Assembly: GCA_964016885.1 (NCBI GenBank)
Contig: OZ024746.1
Coordinates: 101,990,001-102,054,000 of the forward strand
Origin: Eledone cirrhosa
Taxonomy: Eukaryota
Reading direction: 5' to 3'
Length of the DNA: 64,000 nucleotides
Part shown: positions 24,140-37,232 of the stretch, one piece after another
Layout of the letters: every line of letters begins with the position of its first letter
Position numbering within the stretch: position 1 is the first letter of the stretch
Made by a program: the position numbers and the translations under genes
Notes under the pieces: generated by a model
Seen by the model: the letters and a program-made list of their open reading frames with translations, nothing else
What the model was told of the DNA's origin: nothing
Database searches by the model: none

Positions 24140-24530
24140 TTTGTATGTAGCAAACGACCTTTATATATATAGCAATATATAAGTCTGGTTATGTTAATCA
24201 CCTGAAGTCACATGAAAGGAAAACCACCTGCATCACCACTCAACAAAGACCTGGCGAAATAACGTGCATGATATACAACAAAGTGTGTAGAACTAGTTCC
24301 GGACTAAAAAACACATGGTGGTACATAAAGATTATGTCCCACAAGGTGACACCACCGCTGCTGTGGAAAGCGCAATTCTCTTGTCATCTGTGTTGTAAAC
24401 CATGCAGATCTATAGCTGGCCTACTAAGTCATCTACGAAGTCATGGATGCAGATGGGATGACAATGAAGAATCAATAAGAGACAGCAATCGTCTGTGAAG
24501 ACGCTGCAATCCTCATGTATGTATGTATAT
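24140..24530 (+). mobile_element. RTE-type LINE 3' end with C2H2 zinc fingers
   Basis: FSCHLCCKPCRSIAGLLSHLRSH plus two decayed upstream fingers, and an (ATGT)n tail. Confidence 0.6.
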
Positions 24531-24559
24531 ATATGTCATGCAATGCAAAAAATGTCACA

Positions 24560-25262
24560 TATCAAGCGATGCCTGTACTTGAAGCTTTTTTAAGTGAGGA
24601 AAGGCTTTGCATGGGGCCAATCCCACTCTCTGAATATTGAATGCATTTTCCCAAAAAGAAGAACTAGTCTACATCATTGGATGCAAACGAAATCACAAAA
24701 TGACCTGTGGGCTTATGTCAGACACCTGCTGGTGTGTGTAGGATCAATTCAGCTATCAACTGAGTCCACTGTGAAAATTGTGGCCATGGTGAAAGAGGTT
24801 GTATAGTGGACACACCTGAAAGGTTTGAAGGCGAGTACTTTCCTCTTTGGTGAAACCCTGATTAATTTCTTTAGGTTTTACTTGAAGAGGAAAATCACGG
24901 TGGAGGGGGAAGTGTTGCCTTGAAAGCAATTTATTGAAAGGTGAGTGAGAGAGGAGCATAGCCCGAGTGAATGGGCCCACTTTGAGTGTAAGCCTGTAGA
25001 TTAGAGGAGAACAACTGGGACAGGACACTAACCCAAGAGATCAGGGCTATGGTTTTATAGGGGTTTTTTCACAAGTAACCCTTGAACGTCTCCTTCCTTT
25101 TGAGGAACCTCCTTTGTTTTAATTCTTATTTGTTATCTTTCCATTTTAACATTGCTAAAATTTGTTTACACACAAAACGCACACACCAACACTATGTGTT
25201 TATCCTGTGCCGTCATAATGGTTTTACTGAAGTAAACCCTTTGTGATTATAAAGAAATCATT
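24560..25262 (+). mobile_element. Tx1/L1-like LINE 3' fragment
   Basis: Homologous to 26870-27450 (IQLSTES.., VAMVKEVV, TAAGCCTGTAG, ATAAAGAAAT end). Confidence 0.7.
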
Positions 25263-25264
25263 AT

Positions 25265-25850
25265 TATATTGTTCTGTTTCTCTATTGCCGTGTTCAGGCC
25301 TTGAACCTAGGGCAATAGAGGCTTTCATTATAGAGAGAGAACTTGTCTGAGAATGTGTGCTGTTGCTAGTAGCCTGATCTTCTGTAGCTTATATTTGCTG
25401 ATCTTGCAGGGAAGGATGCTAAGGTACAGGTCTGACGATTTGGGTATTAATCCTAATGCCCCTATTACCACAGGGATAGTGTTTGTGGTCATCTTCCACA
25501 TGTGGTTGATCTCTAATCCAGGTCTTTGTGTCCGATCTGTTTTGTTTTTTATGATGATATCTGGTCTGTTGGCAACGATTTCTTGGTCGGTTATCACAGG
25601 CATAGATATGTTGTTTTTGGTTGATGTTCATACCATTTGTTAGAAGTTTGGATGTCATGAGAGCGGCAGGGCATCCAGTGCATATATTTGGAGATGCAGT
25701 TGTGTCTTTCTATATAATCAGTTTTTGCCAGTTCTGGACACCCAGAGATAACATGATCTACTGTTTCTTCATGATTGTAGTATATTCTGCATAGAGGGCT
25801 AGTCCCATCTTTCACTTTTTTGTGTCTATAGGCCTGAGTGTTTAGAGATT
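25265..25850 (-). mobile_element. R4/Dong-like RLE non-LTR element, 3' fragment
   Basis: CRI...ETVDHVISGCPELA...YIERHN (CCHC region), ANRPDII (RLE), IPVVIGALG, LQK..LLATAHILR. Confidence 0.85.
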
Positions 25851-26169
25851 AGCCACAAGACATCTAAAAACAGCCTGCACACATATACCCTGTACTGAAT
25901 AAAAAAATTGTGTGGGGGCGGGACTCTTTACTTGAAGCAAGTGTTTCTTTTTCTTAATGATTAATCCGAGGCTGGGTAATGTGCAATCATTGGGTTGTAC
26001 AATAGTAAATGAGAAGTGTGAGAAAAAAGTGAATTGTGTAGACCAGGCATGTCAAACATGCAGCCCGCTCAGAGGTTTTTACAGCGCAAGCATGTTTTAT
26101 CTTCATAATATAAAATTTTTAAAAATTTTGGATACAATTGTTTTTTTTTGTGTAATTTTTGTCAACTAT

Positions 26170-27456
26170 TTTTAACTTGCATCAGCATCTGCTCGAGGGT
26201 CAAGGTGAACGGTTACCTATCGGAGCCGTTCGCAATCACCTGTTCCATTCGACAGGGGTGCCCTCTCTCCTCCATTCTGTATGTATTGACTCTAGAGCCA
26301 CTACTGCGGAAATTGGAGCTGTTGCAGGGCATCCCTCTAGAACAGGGACTGCACAAAGGGGCGTTGGTTTATGCCGACGACGTGACGGTAATGGTGTCGA
26401 GCACCTCGGAAATCGGGGTGATTGGCAACTTACTGAAAGAATACGAAACGCTGACGGGAGCAAAACCAAACCTGGACAAGTCTGTCGGTTTGCAACTCGG
26501 TACGTGGAGAGGCAAACCGATGACGTCCGACAGCGTCGTTGGACACTGGACGGACGGACTGGTGAAACTCCACTTCGACATTCTATAGAGGGATTGTACG
26601 TTACAAGGGCGACGACGTGCTCGGAGAGACTCTGGGCGTCAAAGACGATGAGCTCACCAGTCTGTTTGGTAGGACTTTCCGCCTGGGACCTATGGACAAC
26701 TTCCAGAAGTCCCTGGCCTGGCAGTGCTACCGAGGAGCTCTACCGGTTCGTGACAAGATCTACAGGCACGGACGCCCCAGCAGGGATCCTTCCAAGAGGA
26801 CGTGTCGAAGATGCGCACAGGACATTGAAACAGTCCTGCACACAATTGTACACTGCCCGGGCGTAACCGACCTGTGGAACTATGCAGAACAACTGCTGTC
26901 GCGTATGGGACAAATCCAGTTGACTGCCGAGTCCATAGTAAGGATCAAACCGCCAGCCTCTTTCAAAAACGAAAGAGAGGCGGTTTTCTTCTGTATGGTG
27001 GCTATGGTGAAAGAAGTTATATGGTGGACGAGATTGAGAGGACTGAGGACAGATGCCTTTCTCTCCGGACAACAATTGATTCCCTCCTTCAAGTATCACT
27101 TTAGAAGGAGAATCAGAGTGGAGAGAGAGGCACTGCACCCCAGTAAATTTACTGAAAGGTGCGTGAATGAAGCAAAAATGACCTGAGTGATTGGGCCTTC
27201 TCTGTTTATAAGCCTGTAGGTTGAGGAAGAGAGCAAAAGGAAGAAGGGAGCACTTGCACAACACGCTCCTGGAGTTGAGGGTTGTTCTATCGACAGGGTA
27301 TTAAACAACCCATTTGTGGCGCCTCCCCCCTATTGGGGATTTCGATTGTTGTAATTGTTTGTTTTTATATTTTTTACACGACTGTATGTAAAATCCCCGG
27401 CATGTCTTTGTATTGTCCCCTTTTCTTGTGCGCCCTTGTGGCTAATAAAGAAATAA
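26170..27456 (+). mobile_element. Tx1/L1-like LINE 3' part with internal deletion
   Basis: RQGCPLS, YADD and C-terminal CRRC..ETVLHTIVHC. Matches 55917-56270, then jumps to match 56690-56880. AATAAA at 27444. Confidence 0.9.
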
Positions 27457-27533
27457 ACTCCTATTACAACAATAACTCCTATTACAACAATAAATCCTAT
27501 TACAACAATAAATCCTATTACAACAATAACTCC
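27452..27533. repeat. 18-bp tandem repeat x4 at LINE tail
   Basis: AATAA[AC]TCCTATTACAAC repeated. Confidence 0.85.
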
Positions 27534-28039
27534 AGCATATATAGGCACTCACAACAATCTTAGGCCTACTATATGGCAGAACAAATAAATAAAAATTTCA
27601 ACATCACACATGCACACTTGTAGGTCAGCAAAATCTCACATAAATACAAACATAATTACCACACACACACACACATTCACACCTTTTCCACACACCCACA
27701 ACTTCTCCACATTTATCTCTATACTACTAGAACTCATCTGCCTGTAATTTAAGTGTTAGCAACCAGTGACAAATACAAGAAAAAGAAGTTGAATTAATAC
27801 AGTCACTGGAAATTACAATTGTATTAGTGAGCAGCTGATCTGTGATCTACTTTTCTCACCAAACACTGAAATGCCAAGGAAGCAGCACATAAAAGTACAA
27901 GGAGGTCACATGCCCCTAACATTTGCTACCTAAAGCTGCCACCTTTCAATGAGAAGATGACAGCTGCCATCTGTAGGGAGGGACTGAATATACAGCTAGT
28001 ATATTCGGGACCCTCATTGAGGTGACTGCTCCACAGATA

Positions 28040-28600
28040 CCAACATACAGTGATACATGCTCACTTTCTAATTGTCCCATCAACAACATGTGTGAGAACA
28101 TATGTGGTCTATAAGATCCCATGTAAAACTGCAGCTCCTCATACACTGCAAGTACCATAAGGAGGCTACACACACAGATCAAGGAATACGTGACAATGAG
28201 AGTTCTTCCACCAGAAAACCTCTTGATGCCACAACCAAGACATTGAGGTCAACATAGGGTGAAAGGAATATGGGAAATATAAGAATTAAGGAAGCCATTT
28301 TAATTAGCTGATTAAAGCCAGAAATTGATAATAGGTCAGAGAGGCACGAGGTGGAATGGTTACTATAGCAACTCTGCACATGTACATAAGTTTTTCCAAC
28401 ACATAAGATCAGTTACAGAAGAATGCTCAAATCATTTGTTTGTTTTATCTAAGACTGTTTCAGCCCCGTATCTGAAAAGAGGGTAATAGCCCTGAAATAT
28501 GTTATAATACGGGTAAAACATTGTTTGGTTTACCATCATTTTCTCTTTGTATTTTCTACCACATTGTACCAGCTTTTAAAAAAACTTATTGGTCATTTAC
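28040..28600 (+). mobile_element. Penelope-like element 3' fragment (GIY-YIG + pLTR region)
   Basis: VVYKIPC/CSSSYTASTIRRLHTQIKEY and KEAILIS*LKPEID, followed by a hammerhead-like motif. Confidence 0.7.
28465..28513 (+). ncRNA. Degenerate minimal type I hammerhead ribozyme
   Basis: Stem I CCCGTAT/ATACGGG, core CTGAAAAG (G->A deviation from CUGANGA), stem II AGGG/CCCT, GAAA. Confidence 0.55.
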
Positions 28601-28623
28601 TGTATACACACATACACACACAC

Positions 28624-28960
28624 TCATCATCATCATCATTTTACGCCCGCTTTTCCCTGCTTGCAAGGGTGGGACGGGAACTGATTCTGGCTTGATTTCT
28701 ACAGCTGGATGTCCTTCCTAACACCAACCTCTTTTATAGTGAGTGCTGGGTGCTTTTTTGCCGTGGCACCTCCACGACTACTTTGCAGTGGAATGATGGG
28801 GACCCCAGTCCTATCATCTCATTTCTACAGCTGAGTAAACTGGAGCAATGTCAAATAAAGTGTCTTGCTCAAGGAAACAACACATCACCCAGTCTGAGAA
28901 TTGAACTCACAACCTTTCGATTGCTAGGCCAATGCTCTAACCACTAAGCCATGTGCCTCC
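28624..28960 (-). mobile_element. CORE-type SINE with RTE tail
   Basis: Close reverse-complement match to 12339-12725, with one fewer 3' repeat module. Confidence 0.88.
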
Positions 28961-29469
28961 ATATATATATATATATATACACACACATACATCAATTTTT
29001 CTTCTTCCCTGTTAACATTTTTTTTTCTTTTCCTCTTTCAGATGAAGTGCAATCACAGACATGTAATGCATAGAACTGAACATTATATAATGTAGTCAGT
29101 AGATATAGACTTATGTAATTGTACAGAAACATATGTTAGAAATTGAACACAATAAATTTCTCCTTCTGTCCACATCTTCCTGTTACCATATTTATACTTA
29201 TATATATGTGTGCATATATAAACACACACCCAAAGTCAATGTGACTATAGGCTGGGAAACAAAGAATGACATACTTGGTGAAGCCCAATTACTAATCCTC
29301 TTTGAAGTAGGCCCCTTGTACCTCCAATTTGTAGCCCAGCAATCCATTCATGGTTCAAACAACATCTAAAATGATTCTTCCGGACTGGCCCTCAGCTCTG
29401 CCATCTTATACTTATTTATCCAAGGTACACTGTATCCCTGCAGGAGAATATCTAAATAATCAGAATTAC

Positions 29470-29765
29470 CCATCATCATCATCAGTTTTACATATTCTGT
29501 GAGTCTCAGGGATTTGAGATCAGCTCTCACCCTACCCCCATGTCTTCTTTCAGACCAGCTCTCACCCTCCCCCATGTCTTCCTTCAGACCAGCTCTCACC
29601 TCCCTCCCCCCATATCTTCCTTCAGACCAGCTCTCACCTCCCTCCCCCCATATCTTCCTTCAGACCAGCTCTCACCCCCACCCCCATGTCTTCCTTCAGA
29701 TCAGCTCTCACCCCCCCCCCCCAGGTCTTCCTTCAGACGAGCTCTCACCACCTCCACCCAGGTCT
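29470..29765 (-). repeat. ~35-40-bp minisatellite (~7 copies) derived from the RTE ORF C-terminus, with (GAT)n tail
   Basis: Unit TCTTCCTTCAGACCAGCTCTCACC+C-rich spacer. The minus strand resembles the RKTW.EV.RADL coding sequence. Confidence 0.7.
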
Positions 29766-30030
29766 TATGGTTTAGAGGTTAGGATGTTCAGCTTGTGATC
29801 ATAAGGTCGTGAGTTTGATTCTCAGCAGTTTGTTGTGTCCTTAAGCAAGATACCAGTTAACTCAGCTGGAAAAAATTAGCTGCACCTGTAATTAAAAAAC
29901 TACCTTTGTCACATTGAGAACCTCATTAAGAGTACACGTGTCTGTGGAATGCTCAGCCACTTGAATGTTAATTTTATAAGCAGTTTGTTTTATGATTGTA
30001 AAAGTGGAAGAATCGTTGGCCGTAACTGGG
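29765..30030 (+). mobile_element. Degenerate CORE-type SINE
   Basis: TGGTTTAGAGG, GAGTTTGATTC, GTGTCCTTAAGCAAGA. Confidence 0.55.
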
Positions 30031-30825
30031 GTCCAACAGTCACACAGTACATCATTATATTTCTTGTATAAGATTACAGTCTATACTTCAATATAAGCCG
30101 AGGAGTGACCAAATAATCGATGATGGAAGAAGGTTGGCTTATATTTCGGCTCAATATTTTCACAATTTTCAGCCGTTTGGCAAAACGTTTGTTACTTATA
30201 AACGGCCGTCAGCTTTATAATATAGATATGATATATCTATATATATATGGTATATCTATATATATAGATATGATATGATATAACTATATATATGGTATAT
30301 CTATATATATGGTATATGATATATCTATATATATGGTATATCTATATATATGGGATATGATATATCTATATATATATGGTATATGACATATTTTAAATTA
30401 TATTAACTGCAGTATCCCGTTGGAACAGTTCTCAGTAGTGTTGTACTTTAATTATCTGTAAGCTTATTTTTGAATACATTTTCAAAGTACCATTATTTCA
30501 TTAATAAATTGAAAATTTTAAATTAAAATTTAGTTTGTATCACATGCTAATTGTTCTTTATCATTAGTGAGTAGTTTCTTTGACGATCTTAGTCATATTT
30601 TAGAATTACCGTTAACAGAAGTGGCATTCTATTATTCTTGCACTAGTTTCAGTCACCTGACTATTACCTGCCTGTCACCTGTCTGTGACCTAACTGTCAT
30701 CTGGCTGTCACCTGGTGATCCTTAAACAGACTTAGACCATCATATTGACCCTAGTATTTATTCTATTAAAATCTAGTTAAACCACTTCCAGAACACATAT
30801 GAAGACAGACATTATTATATATACG

Positions 30826-31165
30826 GTGGTGGTGCCAGGTACCACCCTCCCAGGTAGTGGTGCCAGGTACCGCCTCCCAGGTAATGGTGCCAGATACCCA
30901 ATCCACCCTCCCAGGTAGTGGTGCCAGGTACCCAGTCCACCCTCCCAGGTGCTAGTGATAGCGCAAAAGAAAGCAAACCGTTAAGTGGTTGGTGTTAGGA
31001 AGGGCAACAATCTGTAGAAACATAGTTGTCTGATCTACCTGCCTAACCTGTCTGATCTACCTGTCTAACCTACCTGCCTAACCTGCCTAATCTACCTGTC
31101 TAACCTCTCTAGCCTCAGATCCTAATCCATGTAAACATGGAAAATAAACATGAAATGGTGATATA
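30826..31165 (+). mobile_element. RTE/SINE tail remnant with internal tandem repeats
   Basis: GGTAGTGGTGCCAGGTACC..CCCTCCCA repeated 4-5 times, GTTGGTGTTAGGAAGGGCA, and CTACCTG[CT]CTAA repeats. Confidence 0.6.
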
Positions 31166-31416
31166 ACAGGCTTCTGCAGTTTCCATCTACCAAATTTCTC
31201 TCACAAGACAGTCAACCTGGCGTTGTAGAATTTATGTTTAAAATATTTAAAGTCTGGTTGAAATTCTCTGTCTATACATATTTCTCCAGGAAGGAATTTA
31301 TTTGGGATAAACTAAAATGTAGCAGCACTGTCCAAGAAAGGATTCTTTGCAATCACTGTACAAGGGTAGGCTGAAACGTCCATGGGCTGACTATGAAGGA
31401 GTGATACTAGATCTGT

Positions 31417-31672
31417 AGTCGTGGCCCCAAAACTGTGGACCGTGTGAAGGGTTCGGCATAGGCAACTGGCTTGTCCCTCCTTATAGTAGTGCCATCCAGT
31501 CTCACACTGTAAATGTGGTTGGTGTTAGGAAGGGCATCAAGCTGTAAAACCCCAGGCCAAATTTACAGCCCCATCAAAGCAAGGTACAGCATGGCCAGAC
31601 TTGTCTCTTGATGTGGACGACCCGTCTGACCCATGCTAGTGTGGAAAAATGGATGTTAAACGGTGATGATAC
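31417..31672 (+). mobile_element. RTE/SINE 3' tail inserted in a mariner-like remnant
   Basis: CACACTGTAAATGTGGTTGGTGTTAGGAAGGGCATC...GGTGATGAT. Confidence 0.65.
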
Positions 31673-31739
31673 AGTCTGAAATTTACAAAAAAAAAATGAA
31701 ATGATCATGACTGGAATAAGACCACTGAAACTACAACTG

Positions 31740-32900
31740 AAATATGGTGGCAGGAACAAAAGAACCATACTGCATCATCCTTTCTGTGAGTTAACAAAGG
31801 ACACGCTCAGGCCTTAGATAGAGAGGCCATTTTGAAAAATATATTGCAATCTCTATTTTATGCTGCAAAAACTAGTGATGTGCCTGTGACTTGTCCTGGG
31901 AAGTGTGGGACATACAAAGGTTGTGTGTATCGAGACCCCAGAGGGGGTTCAGAAGGGAGCAAACCATGACAATTGGAACCTCAAACATTACAACCCTTAC
32001 AACTAAGGAGCAGGATCTAGTGAAGGAGGCTAGATTCTACCGGCTAGATATAGTCAAGGTTTCCTCAACAAAGTCCCGTGGCTCTGATACTGTAGATTTG
32101 GATGGAAACTCCACTATTCAGGTGTGGTGCCAGAAATGACTGCACAGGTGAGAGTTGGGATACTCACTAACCCTTGGCTGTCAAAATGTGTTATGGACTG
32201 GATACCATTAGGAGGGAGGATTTACCCCTTGAAGCTTTGGCTGAAAGATAAGTCTCTGTGGGTGGTGCAAGTTTATGCACAAAACAAGGAGTCTGAATAC
32301 AGGTCCTTCCTTGAAGTCACTGCAGCGTTAGATGTAGTTAAGACAGTCATATATCCTGATGGGAGACTTCAATGTACATGTTGGCACTGACCACCTGACA
32401 TGGAAAGGAGTGATTGGAAGGAATGGTGACCCCTTATTAAACTTCTGTCCTAGCAATTGACTCTCTATTATGAACACCTTCTTCCAGCACAGAGACAGCC
32501 ATAAATATACATGGTATAAGGGGAACCAGGAACATAGACCAACTTATCACCATCTAGTTATCTGCAACTTGAGACTACCTAAAGCCAAAGAAGCCCACAA
32601 AACTGGCAGGTCCAGAGTGACCTACAGGATAAAGTGACCTAGTATGTAGATACTATGACCTAGTATGTAGATACTATTGCATCCAAATTCGGAGAACTAT
32701 CTGAGCAAACTGAGGAGGTTGAGACGGAGTGGAAATTGTTCAGCACAGCAAACTCTGCTTCAGCTGTTAAATGTTGCAGGCAAAAGAGGCTTGGCGTGGT
32801 GCTGAATGGTACAAGGACCCCTTGGTTCAAACTAGAGGTCAAAGATGCCATCCAAGCAAAGAAGAAGGCTTACAAAGCTGAGCTTGGAAATATGGTTGAT
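31740..32900 (+). mobile_element. RTE family 2 5' part (APE endonuclease)
   Basis: IGTSNITTL, VVQVYA, MGDFNVHVG, TPWFKLEVKDAIQAKKKAY. Confidence 0.85.
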
Positions 32901-33739
32901 AACAGAACATCTATCTATAAAAACAGGCTTTTACAATCCATGAAATATTTTATAAGAAGGAAGATTAGGAATATGGTTGATACTACAGACATGACATAAA
33001 ACAAGCTACACTAAAGACTAGGGAAGAGAAGAGAAAGAGAAAAAAAAGGAAAGGAGTCAATCATGAGATGAGACCAAGGAATATGTTTCTCTGGTCTGTT
33101 GATACTAACTGCCAGTTGCAATTCCTGGCATAAATAGAGAAAGAAATACTAAAAACCTTTCAACCATAAGATATTTTCAGTTTTGATTTCTATATATAGA
33201 ACTTGCCTCAATATTAATCATCAGAATTTAGTGGAGATAACATGAAATGAAATAGTTTACACCTATGGAAATTTAGCTGCTCTCCTATGGGATTGCATCT
33301 CAGAGGAAGTTTCTCCTTATGTTTTAATGATAGAGGCCCCCAGTCCTATCATGATTAAAATAATGTGAACTGAAGTGTTTTGCTTAAGACATAGTAGGTA
33401 ATCTAAATTCTATGAGGTATCAAATTGAGACATTACTTTCTGATCACATAATTGTCAGTTTTTCATTTTCTCAATGCTTATATAAGGTATGTTCATTAAT
33501 AAGTTGGGTGGAGGTTGGTAGAATATCAGTTAAATTATTTCCTATCCAAACTTTGATGCATGACAGCTGATATCATGTTGAAACAATTTTACATTTCATT
33601 AGGATCAATACTGATTAGTAATAAACTAAAGATTAGTTTCAGATAACTGACTGTAATATCTTCCTCTGGATAAAGAAAAACATCCCACCCCACTTATGAC
33701 TAGACAAAACATTAAGATATGTCATAGTACTGACCTCCA

Positions 33740-34450
33740 AAAATCAAAGATTTCCACAGAAATGCTGATCAGAGGGCCTGAGGGTATGGTTGTGACAAGG
33801 TGTGCAACTGTGTGAGATAGTGGTCTCATGCTGTCTCAATGCTTCATAGAAGCAAAAGGAACTAAATAATAAATAAAAATTAAAAAATCATGTAAGTGTG
33901 GGAATGAAGATTGAATTGATCAGTTTAGCTTTAGTGTTGGGATGTTTGAGAGTATCAAGAATGGCTTCTGTACTCTCAACAGTGACTGTTATTAGACTTG
34001 TATACCATCAACCTCTCCATCCAATCTTCCATCGTCAGTGAAAAGATTCCCAACTACTTCAACTGTTTGACTTGTTAATTTTGAGGTTGCCGGATGATCT
34101 CAAATCCTGGCTCACCCCTGTCTTGTTGATCTTGTTCATTTTCATCATGTCGTACTGTTTAGGTTGGTGGAAAGCTTTGAGATGTTTTTTTCTCGTCTGG
34201 TTATCAGCAAGCATCTTATTCAAGGCCTCTGAGTCACGTGATGAATAAAAAGGGGTGACAGGACACATCCTTGTCTCACTCAGACTAGTTTGAGATCTCA
34301 GCTGAGTCCTCATGTTCCGACTACAATTGCATTGTTTGTGTAAATAGCTCAAATATTGTTGAGAAGGTGGCCCCTGATGTAGAGATCTAGCCCACTCCAC
34401 AGATCACATTGTCAAAAGCATAATTCAGTTCTGTTATTGATGGTCCTGTT
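33740..34450 (-). mobile_element. Highly decayed RTE-like RT fragment
   Basis: Minus: VRQGCVLSP, KAKLINSIFIPTLT. Confidence 0.55.
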
Positions 34451-34514
34451 ATTTAGATTTTAGTGATGGGTAAACTAGGACTGAATGGTAGATATGTATT
34501 TATATATAATTTAA

Positions 34515-34725
34515 CCCTTTTTATATCAAACCACTCCAGATTCTATGATACAAAACTGTTTTAAAGTATTTATATTTATCTGAAAATCTTCCATTCTAAT
34601 CTTACGTAAGAACATAATATCGGTTTAATAATGTGAAAGTTAATTATTTTACTAAGTTCCTCAAAACTTGATTATTTTCAAAACTATAATGTCTTTCACT
34701 CATTAGAAATATGGTAATGAAAGGA
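34515..34725. mobile_element. TTAA-flanked piggyBac-like MITE (decayed)
   Basis: TTAA|CCCTTT...AAAGGA|TTAA. Similar ends and size to 52304-52523. Confidence 0.5.
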
Positions 34726-34829
34726 TTAAACAGCATAATTTTGTATAGATATACAAAACTAATATGGGTGGAAAAACATTAGTAATTAAACCTCTGCTGT
34801 AGTAGAAAGACAGTATCTAAACAACTGTA

Positions 34830-37232
34830 ATGAATATATCAGCATATGTACTCCAATCAGGACTGTCAATTGGACTAAAAGACAGATTCTACAAATCCCT
34901 AATGCACGGGGACTTTATAATCATTGCTGGTGACTTTAATGGGCATGTTGGGCAATTCTGCAACGGCTTTGAAGGGATCCATGGAGGTTATGGATTCGGT
35001 GCGAGAAATGAAAAAGGCTCCAGGCTATCTGTAACACGACATCAAACAATGAGACAACCACTTAATCACCTAGAGATGGCATACCAGCTAGATAGACTTT
35101 ATCATCCCTAGAATATGAGACAGAATGACAGATGTAAATACAAAGTCCCTCCCTGGTGAAGAATGCACCTCCCAACATAACCTAGTAGTTAGCAACCTCA
35201 TAGTTAAGGCTAGACAAACTCGACAACATAGGACAACAAGGAGGAGAAAAATATGGAAGTTGAAGGACCCATCAACTAGCAACAAATTTAGAGGTATGTT
35301 GATTGACACTTTCAACACTAAGGAAGAGCAAATAGAGACATGTGATATAAAGGAGCAATGGGAATTCCTGAAAGATAACCTACTGAAGGCAACAAATGAA
35401 ATCTGTGGTTGGAGTAGGTCTCTGGGGAGAAGGAGAATGACTTGGTGGTGAAACAGTAAGGTAGATGAGACAATTAAGGCCAAAAGACAGGCATGGAGAG
35501 AATGATGGGATGGAGGAAATAGAGAACACTACTAGGGTGATTGGAGAGAAGCTCGGTGTCAAGTATACTTTACAAGAAGGGAAGCAGAAAATAAGAAATT
35601 TAAACATGTTTTGCAGTGTGAGGACCAAAGGCATGAGGTGTTCAGGATTGCAAGGCAATGGATCAGGGAAAATTGTTATGTTGTTGGAGAGAAGTGTGTC
35701 CGAGATGATAACAGAGTACTTCCCTTCAATAATGCTGAAAAGAAGGTAGCATGGAAGTGCCACTATGAAAGACTATTGAATGAGGAGAATGAATGGGAAG
35801 AAGATAGTTTACCCCAAGTTGGTCTAACTGAGGGACCGGCTGTACAAGTTAGCAGTAGTATAGTAAGTAAGGCAATCAAAGATATGAAGTCAGGCAAGAC
35901 AGCTGGACCTTCGAGGATAGTTGCTGAGATGTTGAAACCATCCATATAGTAAACTAAATAATACAATATGGTGTCATACCCAATGACTGGTGTAGCAGCA
36001 GCATCAACTGTTACAAGGGCAAAGGAGACATTAAGTTGGTTGACCAAGTCATAAGGGTCACAGAAAGAGTTATAGCACAGCTGATCAGAGACCGAATTAA
36101 CCTCGAGATGCAGTTCGAAATTGTGCCAGGTAAAAGTACCACGGATTTCCTTGTGAGGAAATTGCAGAAGTACCTAGATGAAAGTAACCCCTACACTTGG
36201 CATTTGTGGACATGGAGAAAGCTTTTGACAGAGTCCCCCATTCCATTATCTGATGGACTCTTAGAAAACTAGGAGTAGATGAATGGTTTGTTAAAGCTAT
36301 ACAAGCCATGTATAGAGGAACAGTCAGCAAGGTTAAAATTAACAAAGACTATAGTGGAGAATTCAGCATGCAGGTAGGAGTCCACAAAGGCTGTTCTTAG
36401 CCCTCTCCTGTTTATTAACAGGCTATAACAAATGAGTTTAAAACTGGCTGCCCATGGGATCTTCTGTATGCTGAATCTATGGCAGACCAATGTTGCATGG
36501 TAGTGAGACCTGGGCACTGAATGCAAAGGATTTACAAAGATTTGAAAGAAATGAAGCTTCCATGCTTCGATGGATGTGTAATAGTAATATACATGAACAG
36601 CAGAGCATAAATGAACTGAGAGAGAAACTGGGTATAAGAGAGATTAGATGCAATATACTAGAGTTGAGATTGCGTTGGTATGGTCATGTGATGCATATGA
36701 AGGACGAAAGATGTATAACAAGATGAAGGAGGCTCAAGGTTGATGGAATGAGGTGATAAAAGCTGACCATGCACAATTTCACCTCTCAAAAGACACAGGA
36801 TGGCGATCTCTGGCACTATGCAGTAATACAAAAGACCCACTTTTCCATGTGCATGGGTTGAAACAAACATCTTGTATGCACTACTTTCCCCCTTCCATAC
36901 ACCTACATGTCCTAACATCCCTTCACCTCTTGCACCTCCCGTGTCCTAAAACTACCCCCTCACATATGCCCCTAGATCTACCTCAACCCCCCCCCCCCTA
37001 CCCAAGTCCTCAGCCCACACTGTAAAATGGTCGTGTAGGTGTCATGATAAAAAGCACCCAGTCCACACTGTAAATGTGGTTGGTGTTAGGAAGGACATCC
37101 AGCTGTAGAAACCAAGCCAAAAACATCTGTATGAGTAAGACAAGATCATTGCATCTGACATGTCTCACAACAGGACAACGCATCCAACCGATGGTAGTGT
37201 GGAAAAATGGATGTTAAATGGGGATGATGATG
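34830..37232 (+). mobile_element. RTE family 1 LINE, decayed, internal deletion removing the PHD region
   Basis: IAGDFNGHVG, WKCHYERLLNEEN, MLHGSETW, and the 3' tail. Jumps from YA(D) to MLHG at ~36485. Confidence 0.9.

Noticed and set aside
24268-24498. Host C2H2 zinc-finger gene exon
   Set aside because: Decayed fingers followed by a microsatellite tail, and a similar finger occurs at 59880 in a retroelement. It is better explained as a LINE C-terminus.
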